Shown: in pieces, positions 22,488-32,554 of the stretch
Layout: each line of letters starts with the position of its first letter
Position numbering within the stretch: position 1 is the stretch's first letter
Source of the DNA: a virus
Lineage: Duplodnaviria > Caudoviricetes
DNA length: 38,443 nt
Reading direction: 5' to 3' (one strand)
Virus record (IMG/VR): IMGVR_UViG_3300033067_001359
Span: 1 to 38,443 of that record
The notes under the pieces: model-generated
The model's input: the letters and a program-made list of their open reading frames with translations, nothing else
Databases searched by the model: none
What the model was told of the DNA's origin: nothing
Translations under genes and position numbers: made by a program

Positions 22488-25103
22488 ATGAAGAAGTATC
22501 TTGTTTCCGCTGGCTTGTTCTTGTCTGTGGTGGCGCTAGCTGCCTCTTCGTTTACCACGCACTATCAACTTGAGAAGCCTCAAGACGGCGACGTTAACTG
22601 GGGCAACTCTTACCGCTCCAATATGAATGAGATTGATGAACAGATGTTCATCAACATGTCGTCGGTTACGGCGCACATTGCCTCTGTCACGGCTCACACA
22701 GCAGCGCACATCTCAGCACTGGCAGGGACAGAGTGTCCATCCGCCACCAACGTTCAAGAGTTCCTTGATTGCCTAGACGCTGCGGCCACGAACACGGTCC
22801 ATTTGACGGGCGACGAGACGATCACTGGAAACAAGACCTTCACCGGTAACAATAACTTCACTGGATCAAACCAGTTCACATCTCTCAACACTCTTTCTGG
22901 TCAGCTTCAGCTGGCGGGAACGGGGCGTGTGACCTTTGCCGCTAATGCTCTCCATGAGACTAAAAATCGCGCCGTAGTTACTGACTCCCTTGGGTCCGTG
23001 ACCACGATGAATGACATCTCAGATGAAAACGTCCAGCAACTGGCTGGCGTTACCGGAAACATTCAAGATCAAATCAACAACATCATTAACGGTGGCAGCG
23101 GCGCTCCGTACGTGCTCCGTACCGGCGACTCGATGTCTGGTGCGCTTAACCTTCAAGGCGCCACGATGCAGGTAACTGGTAGCGGGGTGAACAAAGCCTT
23201 CACCATTACGGCACCGGCCTCTGTTACGGGCGGCGTGCGGATTGCAACGCAAGGAGCCACGGCATACTTTGGCACTCCCGGTCGCACGGTGATTGGCTCC
23301 ATTCCCCAGGGTTCAGTGCTTGTCACGCAGGATGACGGTGGCATTGATGTGCCGTATGTTAAGGCGTCGGTAACGACTGCCGATGAACTGGCCTTTCTCT
23401 CTGGCGTTGGCGGTCTAGCTAACGGTTATCCGCTCACCAAAAATGGGGCTGGCAACGTTGGCATCATCCCGGTTTCCTCCGCTGAGATCTATTCGCTGGT
23501 CGGTGTAACGGCTAACGTTCAAAGTCAGCTCAACGCTCTAGCTGCTGCCACCGTGGACGTGTCGGCTTTTGTCGCAAAAGTTGGCTCCACGATGACCGGC
23601 CCCCTTATCATGTCTGGAGCAACGGCCAATATTGAATTGACCTCAACGGCTGAACTCATCCTAAACCGTGGAGGAGGTGGCAATAACAAGATCAGATCAA
23701 CGGCCGGCGGCACCCCGGATCTTGAGATCTTGGCAGGTAACTCGCTTGGGATGACTATCCCCTATGGAACGGGAGCAGTTGATGTTCCCCGTGGACTATC
23801 CTCTACAACCGTAAACGTCTCCGGGCTTACGGCGTCGCGCCTTGTGCGCACGAATGGAAGCAAGGAGCTTGTTTCGGTAACGGCGGCCGTAACGGATCAA
23901 GAGCTTGGGTATCTGGTTGGTGTGACGGCACCCATTCAAGCGCAACTTGCATCGGTTAGCGTTGACGTGAGCGGGCTTGTGCAAAAGTCAGGTGACACGA
24001 TGACTGGAAAACTCGCGGTGATCAATAATCAGAACGGTGGGCTAGAGATACAAACACCTTCTGGTTCTGCGGGATTCCTCATCAATCGCACGGGAAGTTC
24101 TTCGGGTTCCTTCTACCTTGGGACCGCTGGCGACCGAGATGGCGCAAGCACCTACGACGAACTCCAATTTCGAAAAGGCAACGGCACGAGCACCGCGTTT
24201 ACAATGCGGGGTTACGATTCGGGAGTTCAGCAGCTACTTTTCGGCACGAGCAACGACGCCTATATCTCTAGAACCGGAACGAGTGAGCTTGGATTCTACA
24301 CGGCCGGCGGCTTGCGCGGCGGATTCTACAGCGACGGCACCTTCCGACTCTATGGCGGCACCTCGGGCTATGTCGGCTTCCAGGCCTCAAGCTCGACCAC
24401 AAGCTATAACCTCACGCTGCCCGCGGTTCAGGGTGCCACGAACTCCGTCATGGAGAACAACGGATCTGGGAATCTTTCCTGGCGCGAGTGGAAGCCGCCC
24501 TCTGTTACGAGCTACACCACGGCTGGTTCTAACCTCTACACGGTTCCCTCGGGCGCTCGCTACATCACCATCAACATGGTCGGAGCTGGCGGCGGCGGCG
24601 GTCCTTCCTCCAACGTGGCACTCGGCTCAGTCGGCGGATCTTCCGTCATCATTGGCGTAGCTACGGCAACGGGTGGTGGGGCTGGTCCCTGGGGTCTGAC
24701 GGGAGCAACGGGCGGCGTTTCGACTGTCGCGACTTCGGGGACGATTCTAGACTGCGGCTCGACCAATGGCGGTTACGGCAATCCTGGCGAAGAGCTGCTT
24801 CTCACTGACTACGGCGTGGGCGGTAACGGCGGCAGTTCCTACTACGGTGGGGCTGGTGGCGGCGGCGGCCCGGTTAGTAACGGTCAAACGGCAGCTACGG
24901 CAAGCGGCTCCGGTGGCGGTGGAGCTGGAGTCGGCGGCCCTGGTAAATCGGGCGCTGGTGGCGGAGCAGGTGGCTACGTCTGTGCAACTGTGACGAGTCT
25001 ATCTGCAACATATCCTGTGACGGTGGGCGCAGCCGGTGGCGGTGCATCGGGCGCTGGTAACGGTGGCTCAGGTAAGGTCGTCATCACGGAGTATTACCAG
25101 TGA
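22488..25103 (+). CDS. tail fibre-like protein with N-terminal signal peptide and Gly-rich C-terminal domain
   Basis: TTHYQLEKPQDGDVNWG anchor-like start; repeated G(D/S)xMxG and LxGVTxx(I/V)QxQ motifs; GAGGGG RBS. Confidence 0.8.
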   Translation: MKKYLVSAGLFLSVVALAASSFTTHYQLEKPQDGDVNWGNSYRSNMNEIDEQMFINMSSVTAHIASVTAHTAAHISALAGTECPSATNVQEFLDCLDAAATNTVHLTGDETITGNKTFTGNNNFTGSNQFTSLNTLSGQLQLAGTGRVTFAANALHETKNRAVVTDSLGSVTTMNDISDENVQQLAGVTGNIQDQINNIINGGSGAPYVLRTGDSMSGALNLQGATMQVTGSGVNKAFTITAPASVTGGVRIATQGATAYFGTPGRTVIGSIPQGSVLVTQDDGGIDVPYVKASVTTADELAFLSGVGGLANGYPLTKNGAGNVGIIPVSSAEIYSLVGVTANVQSQLNALAAATVDVSAFVAKVGSTMTGPLIMSGATANIELTSTAELILNRGGGGNNKIRSTAGGTPDLEILAGNSLGMTIPYGTGAVDVPRGLSSTTVNVSGLTASRLVRTNGSKELVSVTAAVTDQELGYLVGVTAPIQAQLASVSVDVSGLVQKSGDTMTGKLAVINNQNGGLEIQTPSGSAGFLINRTGSSSGSFYLGTAGDRDGASTYDELQFRKGNGTSTAFTMRGYDSGVQQLLFGTSNDAYISRTGTSELGFYTAGGLRGGFYSDGTFRLYGGTSGYVGFQASSSTTSYNLTLPAVQGATNSVMENNGSGNLSWREWKPPSVTSYTTAGSNLYTVPSGARYITINMVGAGGGGGPSSNVALGSVGGSSVIIGVATATGGGAGPWGLTGATGGVSTVATSGTILDCGSTNGGYGNPGEELLLTDYGVGGNGGSSYYGGAGGGGGPVSNGQTAATASGSGGGGAGVGGPGKSGAGGGAGGYVCATVTSLSATYPVTVGAAGGGASGAGNGGSGKVVITEYYQ

Positions 25104-25339
25104 CGAAGCTGACGCAAAACTCCTACGTGTCCATGAGCTTGCTGCTTCCCTTCATTGGTGGGGTGATGTGGCTTGCAAACGTTCACTCTGAGGCAAGGTC
25201 AGCAAATGAGCATGTGCAGCAGCTTGAGGCAGGCCTCATGGAATACAAAGCAAAAGAATCATCAGACGATGCGGAAACGCGGAAGCTTTTGATGGAAATT
25301 TTACAAAGAGTCTCTAGAATCGAGGCAAGGGGGAAATAG
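25100..25339 (+). CDS. holin-like membrane protein
   Basis: Single N-terminal TM segment plus coiled coil, upstream of the amidase. Confidence 0.45.
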   Translation: MTKLTQNSYVSMSLLLPFIGGVMWLANVHSEARSANEHVQQLEAGLMEYKAKESSDDAETRKLLMEILQRVSRIEARGK

Positions 25340-25654
25340 ATGTCCACACGTTACGCTCTCAAAGGAAAGAAGATCACGGTAGGCACGACGCCGGTTGCAC
25401 TTGGCACTGGCTACGTTAACAGCATCAGCTTCGTTACGGCTGTCGGTAACACTGGCAACGTGTTTATTGGTGATGCCGACGTGTCTGAAGACAACGGTTA
25501 CTTGCTCGATGCAGATCGCCAAGTGACGACTGGTCAGCTTTTGGCAGGCCAAGTTGGCGAGAACTTCGACCTCTCACAGATCTACGTTGTAGGCTCGGCT
25601 GCGGGCCAGATTGTACATATCCTCTATGATGCCACAAAAACCGTTGCCGATTAG
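25340..25654 (+). CDS. small beta-rich putative virion protein
   Basis: NTGNVFIG...NGYLL pattern. Confidence 0.65.
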   Translation: MSTRYALKGKKITVGTTPVALGTGYVNSISFVTAVGNTGNVFIGDADVSEDNGYLLDADRQVTTGQLLAGQVGENFDLSQIYVVGSAAGQIVHILYDATKTVAD

Positions 25655-25664
25655 GATTCGCGGG

Positions 25665-26222
25665 ATGCAGATCGCGCTGATTGTAGGCCATACGCTAAAG
25701 AAGCCTGGAGCTTTCTCCAAGGCGCTTGGGCATGAGTATGGCTTCAATAAGCAGCTTGCAGACAAAGTGTACTGGGAGCTTCGCCGTCGCCAGATACCGT
25801 CGCTTGTCTTTGTGAAAGACAACATGGAGCAATCGGCAGTGCATCGTCAGGTGAACGAGTATCTGCGGCGTCCAAAGCCGATGGCAATCGAGTTTCATTT
25901 CAACGCATCCCTTGATGGCAAAGCTATCGGGACTGAGACGTTGTATGACGCTGATCCGCCTGAGGGAAAGATACTTGCCGCACTGATGCAGCAAAAGATT
26001 GCCGCAGCCTTTAGCCGTGAAGGTGAGCAGGATCGTGGCGCAAAGCTGATTGAAGAAGGCGACCGTGGGCACCGCAACCTGGCTGGTATTGACGTGCCGG
26101 CATGTATCATTGAGCCGTTCTTTGGCGACAATCAGGCTGACTGTGATCTGGTGCAGGCGCGGATGAGTGATCTGGTGGCGGCAATTTGTGACGGGTGCGA
26201 GGCATTTGCAAACGCTTACTGA
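25665..26222 (+). CDS. N-acetylmuramoyl-L-alanine amidase (Amidase_3) endolysin
   Basis: IALIVGH, EYGFN, IEFHFNA, IIEPFF. Confidence 0.9.
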   Translation: MQIALIVGHTLKKPGAFSKALGHEYGFNKQLADKVYWELRRRQIPSLVFVKDNMEQSAVHRQVNEYLRRPKPMAIEFHFNASLDGKAIGTETLYDADPPEGKILAALMQQKIAAAFSREGEQDRGAKLIEEGDRGHRNLAGIDVPACIIEPFFGDNQADCDLVQARMSDLVAAICDGCEAFANAY

Positions 26223-26237
26223 TGGGGGAAAGAGTGT

Positions 26238-27230
26238 ATGAGTTCATCGACATCTTTTGGTTCTGGCGTCTTTGGTTCGGGCGGACTTGGCTCGGCTCCC
26301 TTCTTCTCGGTAAAAGAGTTGATCGACTCCATTCTGCTGGCAACGAGCCACCGGACACCTGCGAACTATCCAACTGAGAGAGCCGCCATTCTCCAGTTCA
26401 TCAACAACAAGTATCAAGAAGTTTGCCTTGGCCAATTCTGGCGCTGGATGCATGCAAGCTATGACTTCAGACTGCAAGAGCAGTACACGGCAGGCACCTG
26501 TTCTGCGGTTCAAGGCTCAGATCAGATCACGGGAATTGGCACGGTCTTTAGCTCGAACCTGACTCCTGGCAATATTTTCTTCTTCAACACGAGTCAGTCT
26601 GTTTATCATGTGCTCTCGGTTGAAAGTAACACGAGCTTCACCATGGAGACGGCGTTCTCGGAAGATACGCAGTCAAACGGTGCCTATACGATTGCAAAGA
26701 ATCAATACAAGCTCCCGAAGGAAACCGACCACATCAAATCGTTTGTAGTTGATTCGCAGATCTTGGCGCGTCCAGTGGGGCCTGAAGACTTTAGACTGAT
26801 CCAAAGTCGCGATCCGACCCGTACTGGTCGCCCTGAAGTGTACACGCTCATTCGCCGTGACTATGACGATGACGCCATTTACATGGAAGTGTATCCGGCA
26901 CCTGACAAGTTCTACCAGTGTCACATCGACTACTCGGTGCGGATCTTGAAGCTTGAAGATTCGGCTTCCTGCTACCCGATCATTCCTGACCGTTACCGGG
27001 CCGTGCTCTACTACGGTGGGCTTGCTGAATTCTATCGCTTCCTAAAAGATCCAACTAACATGCAGCTAGCGCTTGGCGACTACAAGAACATGCTCATGCA
27101 GATGAAAAACGATAAGCAGCTAACGGATCAGGAGCTAGTGATTGTGCCTGGTCGCAATTACCGCAACCGTAGACGTTGGGGCACTTGGGCTGTGTCGATG
27201 AGCATCGAAGATTTCGGAAAGCTTGACTGA
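26238..27230 (+). CDS. head-tail adaptor protein with inserted beta domain
   Basis: ILQFIN...WRW, YKLP, VYPAPD, PIIPDRY. Confidence 0.7.
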   Translation: MSSSTSFGSGVFGSGGLGSAPFFSVKELIDSILLATSHRTPANYPTERAAILQFINNKYQEVCLGQFWRWMHASYDFRLQEQYTAGTCSAVQGSDQITGIGTVFSSNLTPGNIFFFNTSQSVYHVLSVESNTSFTMETAFSEDTQSNGAYTIAKNQYKLPKETDHIKSFVVDSQILARPVGPEDFRLIQSRDPTRTGRPEVYTLIRRDYDDDAIYMEVYPAPDKFYQCHIDYSVRILKLEDSASCYPIIPDRYRAVLYYGGLAEFYRFLKDPTNMQLALGDYKNMLMQMKNDKQLTDQELVIVPGRNYRNRRRWGTWAVSMSIEDFGKLD

Positions 27231-27232
27231 AG

Positions 27233-28837
27233 ATGTCGAACACGCGGACCACTAAGCTCTACAGCTACTTTGGCAAAGAGGCGCTAGCTGGTGGCCTTAA
27301 CGTGTCGGATAATCCGCTGATTATCTCCCCAGCTGAGATGACGGTGGCAGAGAACATTTCCATTGCTCAGAGCCTCGGACGCAGAAAGCGCCCAGGACTT
27401 GAGAACTATGGACTTAGTTCCTTTAGCTCGACGGCAAGCTGGCCTGTAGCAGGTGCGCCGATTCGTGGCGTCATCCAGTACTGGCGATATGTGTCGGGAA
27501 CAGGTAACGCGGTAGAAGACATTTTCTTGCACCAGCAAAATAAGGTGTATTCGATTGAATCTAGGATCAGTCCAGCAATTAACCGGACTGGAGCTGCTAC
27601 GTTATCAAGCGCGGGAATTCCTCAGTATCAGGTTTTCCAGGGGATTCTCTTTTTCTGTAACACTGATCCGGCGGATGGTTATAAAAAGTGGGATGGCACT
27701 AGCGGCTCTCCGGGAAACATTCAAAACGCAAATCCTCCGCCTGACGGAGCTGGGAAATATCTAGGCGCCTTTGGCGGTCGGATGATCATGGCGGGGAACC
27801 CTGACTTCCCATTTAGGGTATATATCTCTGCTCCATTTGATGGCGAAACCTGGTCGGGCGCTGGCACGACATCCTTCGATCTTGACTATGACGGTGACCC
27901 GACTGGTGTGACTGCGATCTTCCCGGATCTTGACGGCAATCTTTATGTCTCAACTCGCAGATCAATCTACGCACTATTTGCCTCTGATCTTAATGATGTA
28001 GCTACTTATCAGGTGCAGCGGATCACGCGCGGCATTGGCTGCATCTCAGCCCGTACCGTGGTGGCGACGGCAAACGACATTCTCTTTGTCTCTCAGCGTG
28101 GTTTGCACTCACTGAAAAAAATCATCGTTTCTGATCAAACCGAGATCACTTTCCTCTCGCGGCCCGTGCAGAAGATCTTCACAGATCAGATTGCGTTTAA
28201 CCTCATTGACCAGGCTCAGGCTGTTTGGGACGAGACGCAAAACCTCTACATCCTATCTATCCCGAGTTCCGGCCAAACGAAGAACGATATTCTGCTTGTT
28301 TATAACGTGACCTTTGCGATTTGGACGACGTGGACTGGGGTTCAGGCAAGGAGCCTGGCGCCGATCCTTCTGTCCGGTAAGCAGTACATCTTGGCGGGGC
28401 GCGAGAACGGAAACCTTTCCTTCCTCAACACGAATGCATCAAGCGATAACGGCACTGGATTCTCAGCCAAGTTCAGGTCTGGGAAGATGTTCCCCGGTGG
28501 CGACATCACAACCCGCAAGAGCTTTAAGTCGATCACGGTGCTTGTCTCGTCTCCCAACGTCGCAAACATCAACATTGGCTGGTCTATTGACGACACCGAT
28601 AAAACGCATGTCGGCAGCTCGGTCCTATCGCTTGGCCGTGACTCAGCCCTTCTTGGACAGACCTTCATCTTAGGCGCCTCGCGTCTTGGCATCGGTCGAT
28701 TCCTGCCGTTTACTGTTCCTATCAATGAGTATGGACACAATTTCCAGCTTGAGATTTCAGTCTCTGGCGACTCCGACATGGAGTTTTATGGCTACGTTTT
28801 GGAGGTAGAAGATGCGAACGAAGTTACTGGCGCTTAG
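27233..28837 (+). CDS. tail nozzle/DNA stabilisation protein (P22 gp10-like role)
   Basis: 534 aa beta-rich; GGLN, KRPG, GIGC motifs; follows the adaptor. Confidence 0.75.
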   Translation: MSNTRTTKLYSYFGKEALAGGLNVSDNPLIISPAEMTVAENISIAQSLGRRKRPGLENYGLSSFSSTASWPVAGAPIRGVIQYWRYVSGTGNAVEDIFLHQQNKVYSIESRISPAINRTGAATLSSAGIPQYQVFQGILFFCNTDPADGYKKWDGTSGSPGNIQNANPPPDGAGKYLGAFGGRMIMAGNPDFPFRVYISAPFDGETWSGAGTTSFDLDYDGDPTGVTAIFPDLDGNLYVSTRRSIYALFASDLNDVATYQVQRITRGIGCISARTVVATANDILFVSQRGLHSLKKIIVSDQTEITFLSRPVQKIFTDQIAFNLIDQAQAVWDETQNLYILSIPSSGQTKNDILLVYNVTFAIWTTWTGVQARSLAPILLSGKQYILAGRENGNLSFLNTNASSDNGTGFSAKFRSGKMFPGGDITTRKSFKSITVLVSSPNVANINIGWSIDDTDKTHVGSSVLSLGRDSALLGQTFILGASRLGIGRFLPFTVPINEYGHNFQLEISVSGDSDMEFYGYVLEVEDANEVTGA

Positions 28838-29750
28838 CCTTGGGCTCTTGGTTGCAGTAGGTGTTGGAGCCGCGACCATATCCCGAATCACGACTTTCAC
28901 GGATGGCACGATCCTATTCGCGTCGGATTTGAATGCTGAGTTCAACAACATCATCAACGCCATCAACGGTGGACTTGATAACGACAACTTGGCCGCCAAC
29001 GCCAACATTGCTCCGACTAAGATCTCAACCGTGATTGACGGCGAGGGAATTGCTCGCGATCCGTCAACGGGAGCATTATCTGTTAATCCAGATCAGGTTA
29101 CGCTGACTATTGCCTCGGATCTCGTGAAGATTAAAGACGGCGGCGTAGCAACGCTTCAGATCTCAACACAAGCCGTGACGACTGAAAAGCTGGCGCTTGG
29201 CTCGGTGACTACACAGATCTTAGCCAACAACTCGGTCACAAATGACAAGTTAGCACTCGCATCGGTAACGACTCAGAATTTGACTCCTAACTCTATTGGG
29301 GTCGCTAATCTTGTTGACGTAACTTCAACTGGAGCAACGGCGAATCTTAACCAGATGGCCGTATCCCCCTCTTCAGCTAGCTTCAGTACAACTTCTACGT
29401 CTTTCGTTGACGTTCCTTCAGTAAGTGTCACTATCGCGGCATCTGGTCGACCTATGCTTGTGACTCTTATGTCTGATGGTGGCTCGGTTGCCGGAGGTCT
29501 TCAAGCCAACCATGGGACATCTCGCGCCACTTGCTATTATCGCATCACCGATGCGGCTACCTTTGAGCGTAATTATTTCATTTCCGCAGAGGGAGGAACA
29601 ATTTCAACGCCATTCCCAGGATCTGAGCTTTTTATAACCACTCCTCAGACTTATTTATTTAAATTACAGGTTCGTTCTGAAAGTGTTGGAGCTGGAGCTG
29701 GAACGACTTGTTTTATCTACAACGCCAGACTGGTGGCATTCGAGTTATGA
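28812..29750 (+). CDS. second tail fibre/spike-like protein with N-terminal signal peptide
   Basis: TFTDGTILFASDLNAEFNNI anchor-like motif; (A/S)VTxxxLA repeats; GGAGG RBS. Confidence 0.8.
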   Translation: MRTKLLALSLGLLVAVGVGAATISRITTFTDGTILFASDLNAEFNNIINAINGGLDNDNLAANANIAPTKISTVIDGEGIARDPSTGALSVNPDQVTLTIASDLVKIKDGGVATLQISTQAVTTEKLALGSVTTQILANNSVTNDKLALASVTTQNLTPNSIGVANLVDVTSTGATANLNQMAVSPSSASFSTTSTSFVDVPSVSVTIAASGRPMLVTLMSDGGSVAGGLQANHGTSRATCYYRITDAATFERNYFISAEGGTISTPFPGSELFITTPQTYLFKLQVRSESVGAGAGTTCFIYNARLVAFEL

Positions 29751-30160
29751 AAATCAGACCGATCAGGGAAGAGGATTATGAAAAGGTTGTTGGCTGGTAC
29801 GCTGACGTGTCTTGGCCTACGCCGGCCGTTGACGGTAGTTTGCCGAAGAATGGTTTTGTGGCGGAGGTTGAGGGAACTGGAGAAATCGCAGGATGCCTGT
29901 GGGTGTCGCTCGATGGGTCATCATCAGCTGAGCTTAAATGGCCTGCCACGAATCCGTACCTGGACCCTAGGGCACAAGCCTCGGCGGTAGAGCATCTTAT
30001 CCGTTACGTGCAGAAGATGGCGCCAAACCTCAAGCCTGAGGTAAGGCTGCTACTGCTGTATACCCGCTCACCGGCCTTGGCCCAAGCCATGGAGAATTGC
30101 GGTTTCCGTAAGAAAGAAAAGATTATCCAGTGCTCGTGGGTGTTACCTCATGAAGGTTAG
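29747..30160 (+). CDS. GNAT-fold-like protein
   Basis: MKIRPIREEDY...GFVAEVE...CGF. Confidence 0.6.
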   Translation: MKIRPIREEDYEKVVGWYADVSWPTPAVDGSLPKNGFVAEVEGTGEIAGCLWVSLDGSSSAELKWPATNPYLDPRAQASAVEHLIRYVQKMAPNLKPEVRLLLLYTRSPALAQAMENCGFRKKEKIIQCSWVLPHEG

Positions 30161-30548
30161 GGCGCTTGATCCAGTTGAATGGCCTGAGTTCCGTCCCTGG
30201 TACAAGTACCGGGGTGACGAGCTGCCGTTTGACGATCTGGTGCCGCTGCAATCAGGCTTCGTGGTTGAGGATGAAAAGGGAAAGCTTGCTGTAGGGTTTT
30301 TGATCATTACGAACTCCAAGACTGCTCTCATGGAATTCCTGATGACCAACAATGAGCGCCACCAGCTTGACCAGGCGAAGGCCATCACAAAGTTAGCTTT
30401 GCACATCGAGGCTACGGCGAAAGCATTAAACTTTACCGTTATAATGGGATTCACACCGGAGGATCACGATTCTCTGGGAAGGTTTTACTTTAGGCAAGGC
30501 GCGGCACGGGCCACAAAGCTCATGCGGCTTTTCTATAAAAAGCTCTAG
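30150..30548 (+). CDS. GNAT-fold-like protein
   Basis: MKVRAL...GFVVEDE...LGRFYFRQG. Confidence 0.6.
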   Translation: MKVRALDPVEWPEFRPWYKYRGDELPFDDLVPLQSGFVVEDEKGKLAVGFLIITNSKTALMEFLMTNNERHQLDQAKAITKLALHIEATAKALNFTVIMGFTPEDHDSLGRFYFRQGAARATKLMRLFYKKL

Positions 30549-30562
30549 GGGAGGGGCAACTT

Positions 30563-31453
30563 ATGGGAATGGACCCGGCAACAATCGGCTTAGCGGTAGG
30601 AGCTACATCGGCAATAGCCGGTGGCATGTTAGGCAGTAAGGGGACTCCAACGGAGACGGCCACTACTCAAAAGAATATTGTTCCAGCCGGAGCGCTTGAG
30701 CAGCAGCTTCAGAACCAGAGCCTTGATAACTATGCTCAGCAGCAGAGTATCGTTAATGATTTGCAGAATCGCTTGGGGCTATACGATAGCATCCAGCAAC
30801 AGGCAATCGGTAACACGCAAGACATTCTCTCTGGCCAAGCGTTTAACCTGACGCCTCAAGAGCAGACCCAGCTTAATGATCTTCGTCAGTCCCTTATCGC
30901 CGAGTCACAGGCTCCCGTGCAGCAGTTGATTGACACGAATCTACGGAAGGTTGCATCAAGCGCCGGTCAACGAAACATACGTGGGCAGGCGTTAACTGAG
31001 CAAAGCGGCCGGGTGATTCAGACTGGAGCCGAGCAATTGGGTGCGGCAAGTCGCGCAGCTAATTCACAGGTGGCGAATCTGGCCGCCGGTCTGCCTTATC
31101 AACGAGTGGCAGCGCAACAAAACTCTCTGAACGCAGGCCTGAACATGCGCAATGCGCTTGCTCAACAGGCGATTAATAACAGGTCACTGACGCAAAATCC
31201 GGCACTTCTTCAAAGCTTATTGAGAGAGAGACTTTCAGGCGGTTCTTCTACTACAACGCAGGCCGGTCAGGATGGAAATTGGCTAAATGGAGTTTTGGGA
31301 GCTGCGGCCGGGTTTGGTGGAGGAGTGCAAAGTTACTCCAACATTAGGAGTGCTTTTAACAATCTAGAAAAGACTGGAAACAATAGCGGTTCTCAGTTGT
31401 CTGGCTGGTCGGGCTTGGCGGGTGATTTGCCTAGTCAGTCGAATGTGGGGTGA
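30563..31453 (+). CDS. internal virion/ejection protein
   Basis: MDPATIG start, Q/A/G-rich, podoviral position. Confidence 0.65.
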   Translation: MGMDPATIGLAVGATSAIAGGMLGSKGTPTETATTQKNIVPAGALEQQLQNQSLDNYAQQQSIVNDLQNRLGLYDSIQQQAIGNTQDILSGQAFNLTPQEQTQLNDLRQSLIAESQAPVQQLIDTNLRKVASSAGQRNIRGQALTEQSGRVIQTGAEQLGAASRAANSQVANLAAGLPYQRVAAQQNSLNAGLNMRNALAQQAINNRSLTQNPALLQSLLRERLSGGSSTTTQAGQDGNWLNGVLGAAAGFGGGVQSYSNIRSAFNNLEKTGNNSGSQLSGWSGLAGDLPSQSNVG

Positions 31454-31456
31454 TCT

Positions 31457-32554
31457 ATGGGCTTGCGTGATTTTCTAGCTAACCTGCAAGGAGTAACAAA
31501 CGCGACAAAGGGAGCCGCTGATTCTTCTGCTGCTCTCCGCGAGCAACTAGCCATGCAGCAGTATGCGCAACAGTTGCCTGGCATCATTCAATCTGGTGAC
31601 CAGGGACAGTTAGCTGGAGCCGCCGCCCAGGCACAAGATTTGCCCACATTGCGCGCGCTCATTGCTAACAGCGCCAAGTTCCAGCAGAAGGAAAAGCCTG
31701 CCAGTGAGCCGTATCGGAAGACGATTGAAGGCATCGTTGGCAAGCCGCTTGATCCGTCGCTGACGGAGACTCAGCTAAAAGAGATTGGCGGGTTGACATC
31801 TACCAAGCAGAAGCTCGATCAGAATCAGTCTCAGTTTGAGGGCAAAGAGGGACGGCTAAACGTTAACAAGCTGAAGGACGACGCGGCAAAGTTTGCGGCA
31901 CCGTTGATGAAGACGGAGAAGGAAATTAACGAATCTGTTAGCGGCCTTGAAGCTTCACTCAACTCTTTCAAGCAGAAGGCATCTCCGCAAGCGCTCAACC
32001 TTGTCATTCGGTCAGTGATCAAGGCATCCGGCGACAATCGTGTATCCGACCAAGACATCGCAGGCCTCAACCTGAGAAGTGGATTGCCAAACCAAATCCC
32101 TGCGCTCTCCAACTTCCTCCAGGGCAAGACGGCGGAGACGCTGACTCCCGACCAAAAGAATGAAGTGTTGCGGATTGCAGATACTATCGTGAACACGGCT
32201 GAATCGAGAAAGCAGCGCGTGCTTGGCGCCCAGTATCTTTCACAGGTGAACGCCTACCCGCAGCTAGTAGAAAAGGATCATCCTTCAGTGGCAAGCTTTG
32301 CCGAAAAACTGGGCCTCGAGAAACCAACTATTGATGAGAACGGCATTGTTCGGACTAAGAAGAGAGGTCAAAAGGTAGAGATCCCTGCTGACTCCAGACT
32401 GGGCAAGTTAACTGCAATGGCAGACAAGATTAAGGACCCAAAGCGCAAGCAACAGGCGCTCAATGCTCTTGGTAAGTACAGTAACGAGACGCTTGATCCT
32501 GGCAAGGAAGCCGAGTTTAAGTCGCTGATTGAGAAGTTTGCTGGAGGAAATTAA
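31457..32554 (+). CDS. internal virion/ejection protein
   Basis: Helical, RVSDQD motif. Confidence 0.65.
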   Translation: MGLRDFLANLQGVTNATKGAADSSAALREQLAMQQYAQQLPGIIQSGDQGQLAGAAAQAQDLPTLRALIANSAKFQQKEKPASEPYRKTIEGIVGKPLDPSLTETQLKEIGGLTSTKQKLDQNQSQFEGKEGRLNVNKLKDDAAKFAAPLMKTEKEINESVSGLEASLNSFKQKASPQALNLVIRSVIKASGDNRVSDQDIAGLNLRSGLPNQIPALSNFLQGKTAETLTPDQKNEVLRIADTIVNTAESRKQRVLGAQYLSQVNAYPQLVEKDHPSVASFAEKLGLEKPTIDENGIVRTKKRGQKVEIPADSRLGKLTAMADKIKDPKRKQQALNALGKYSNETLDPGKEAEFKSLIEKFAGGN

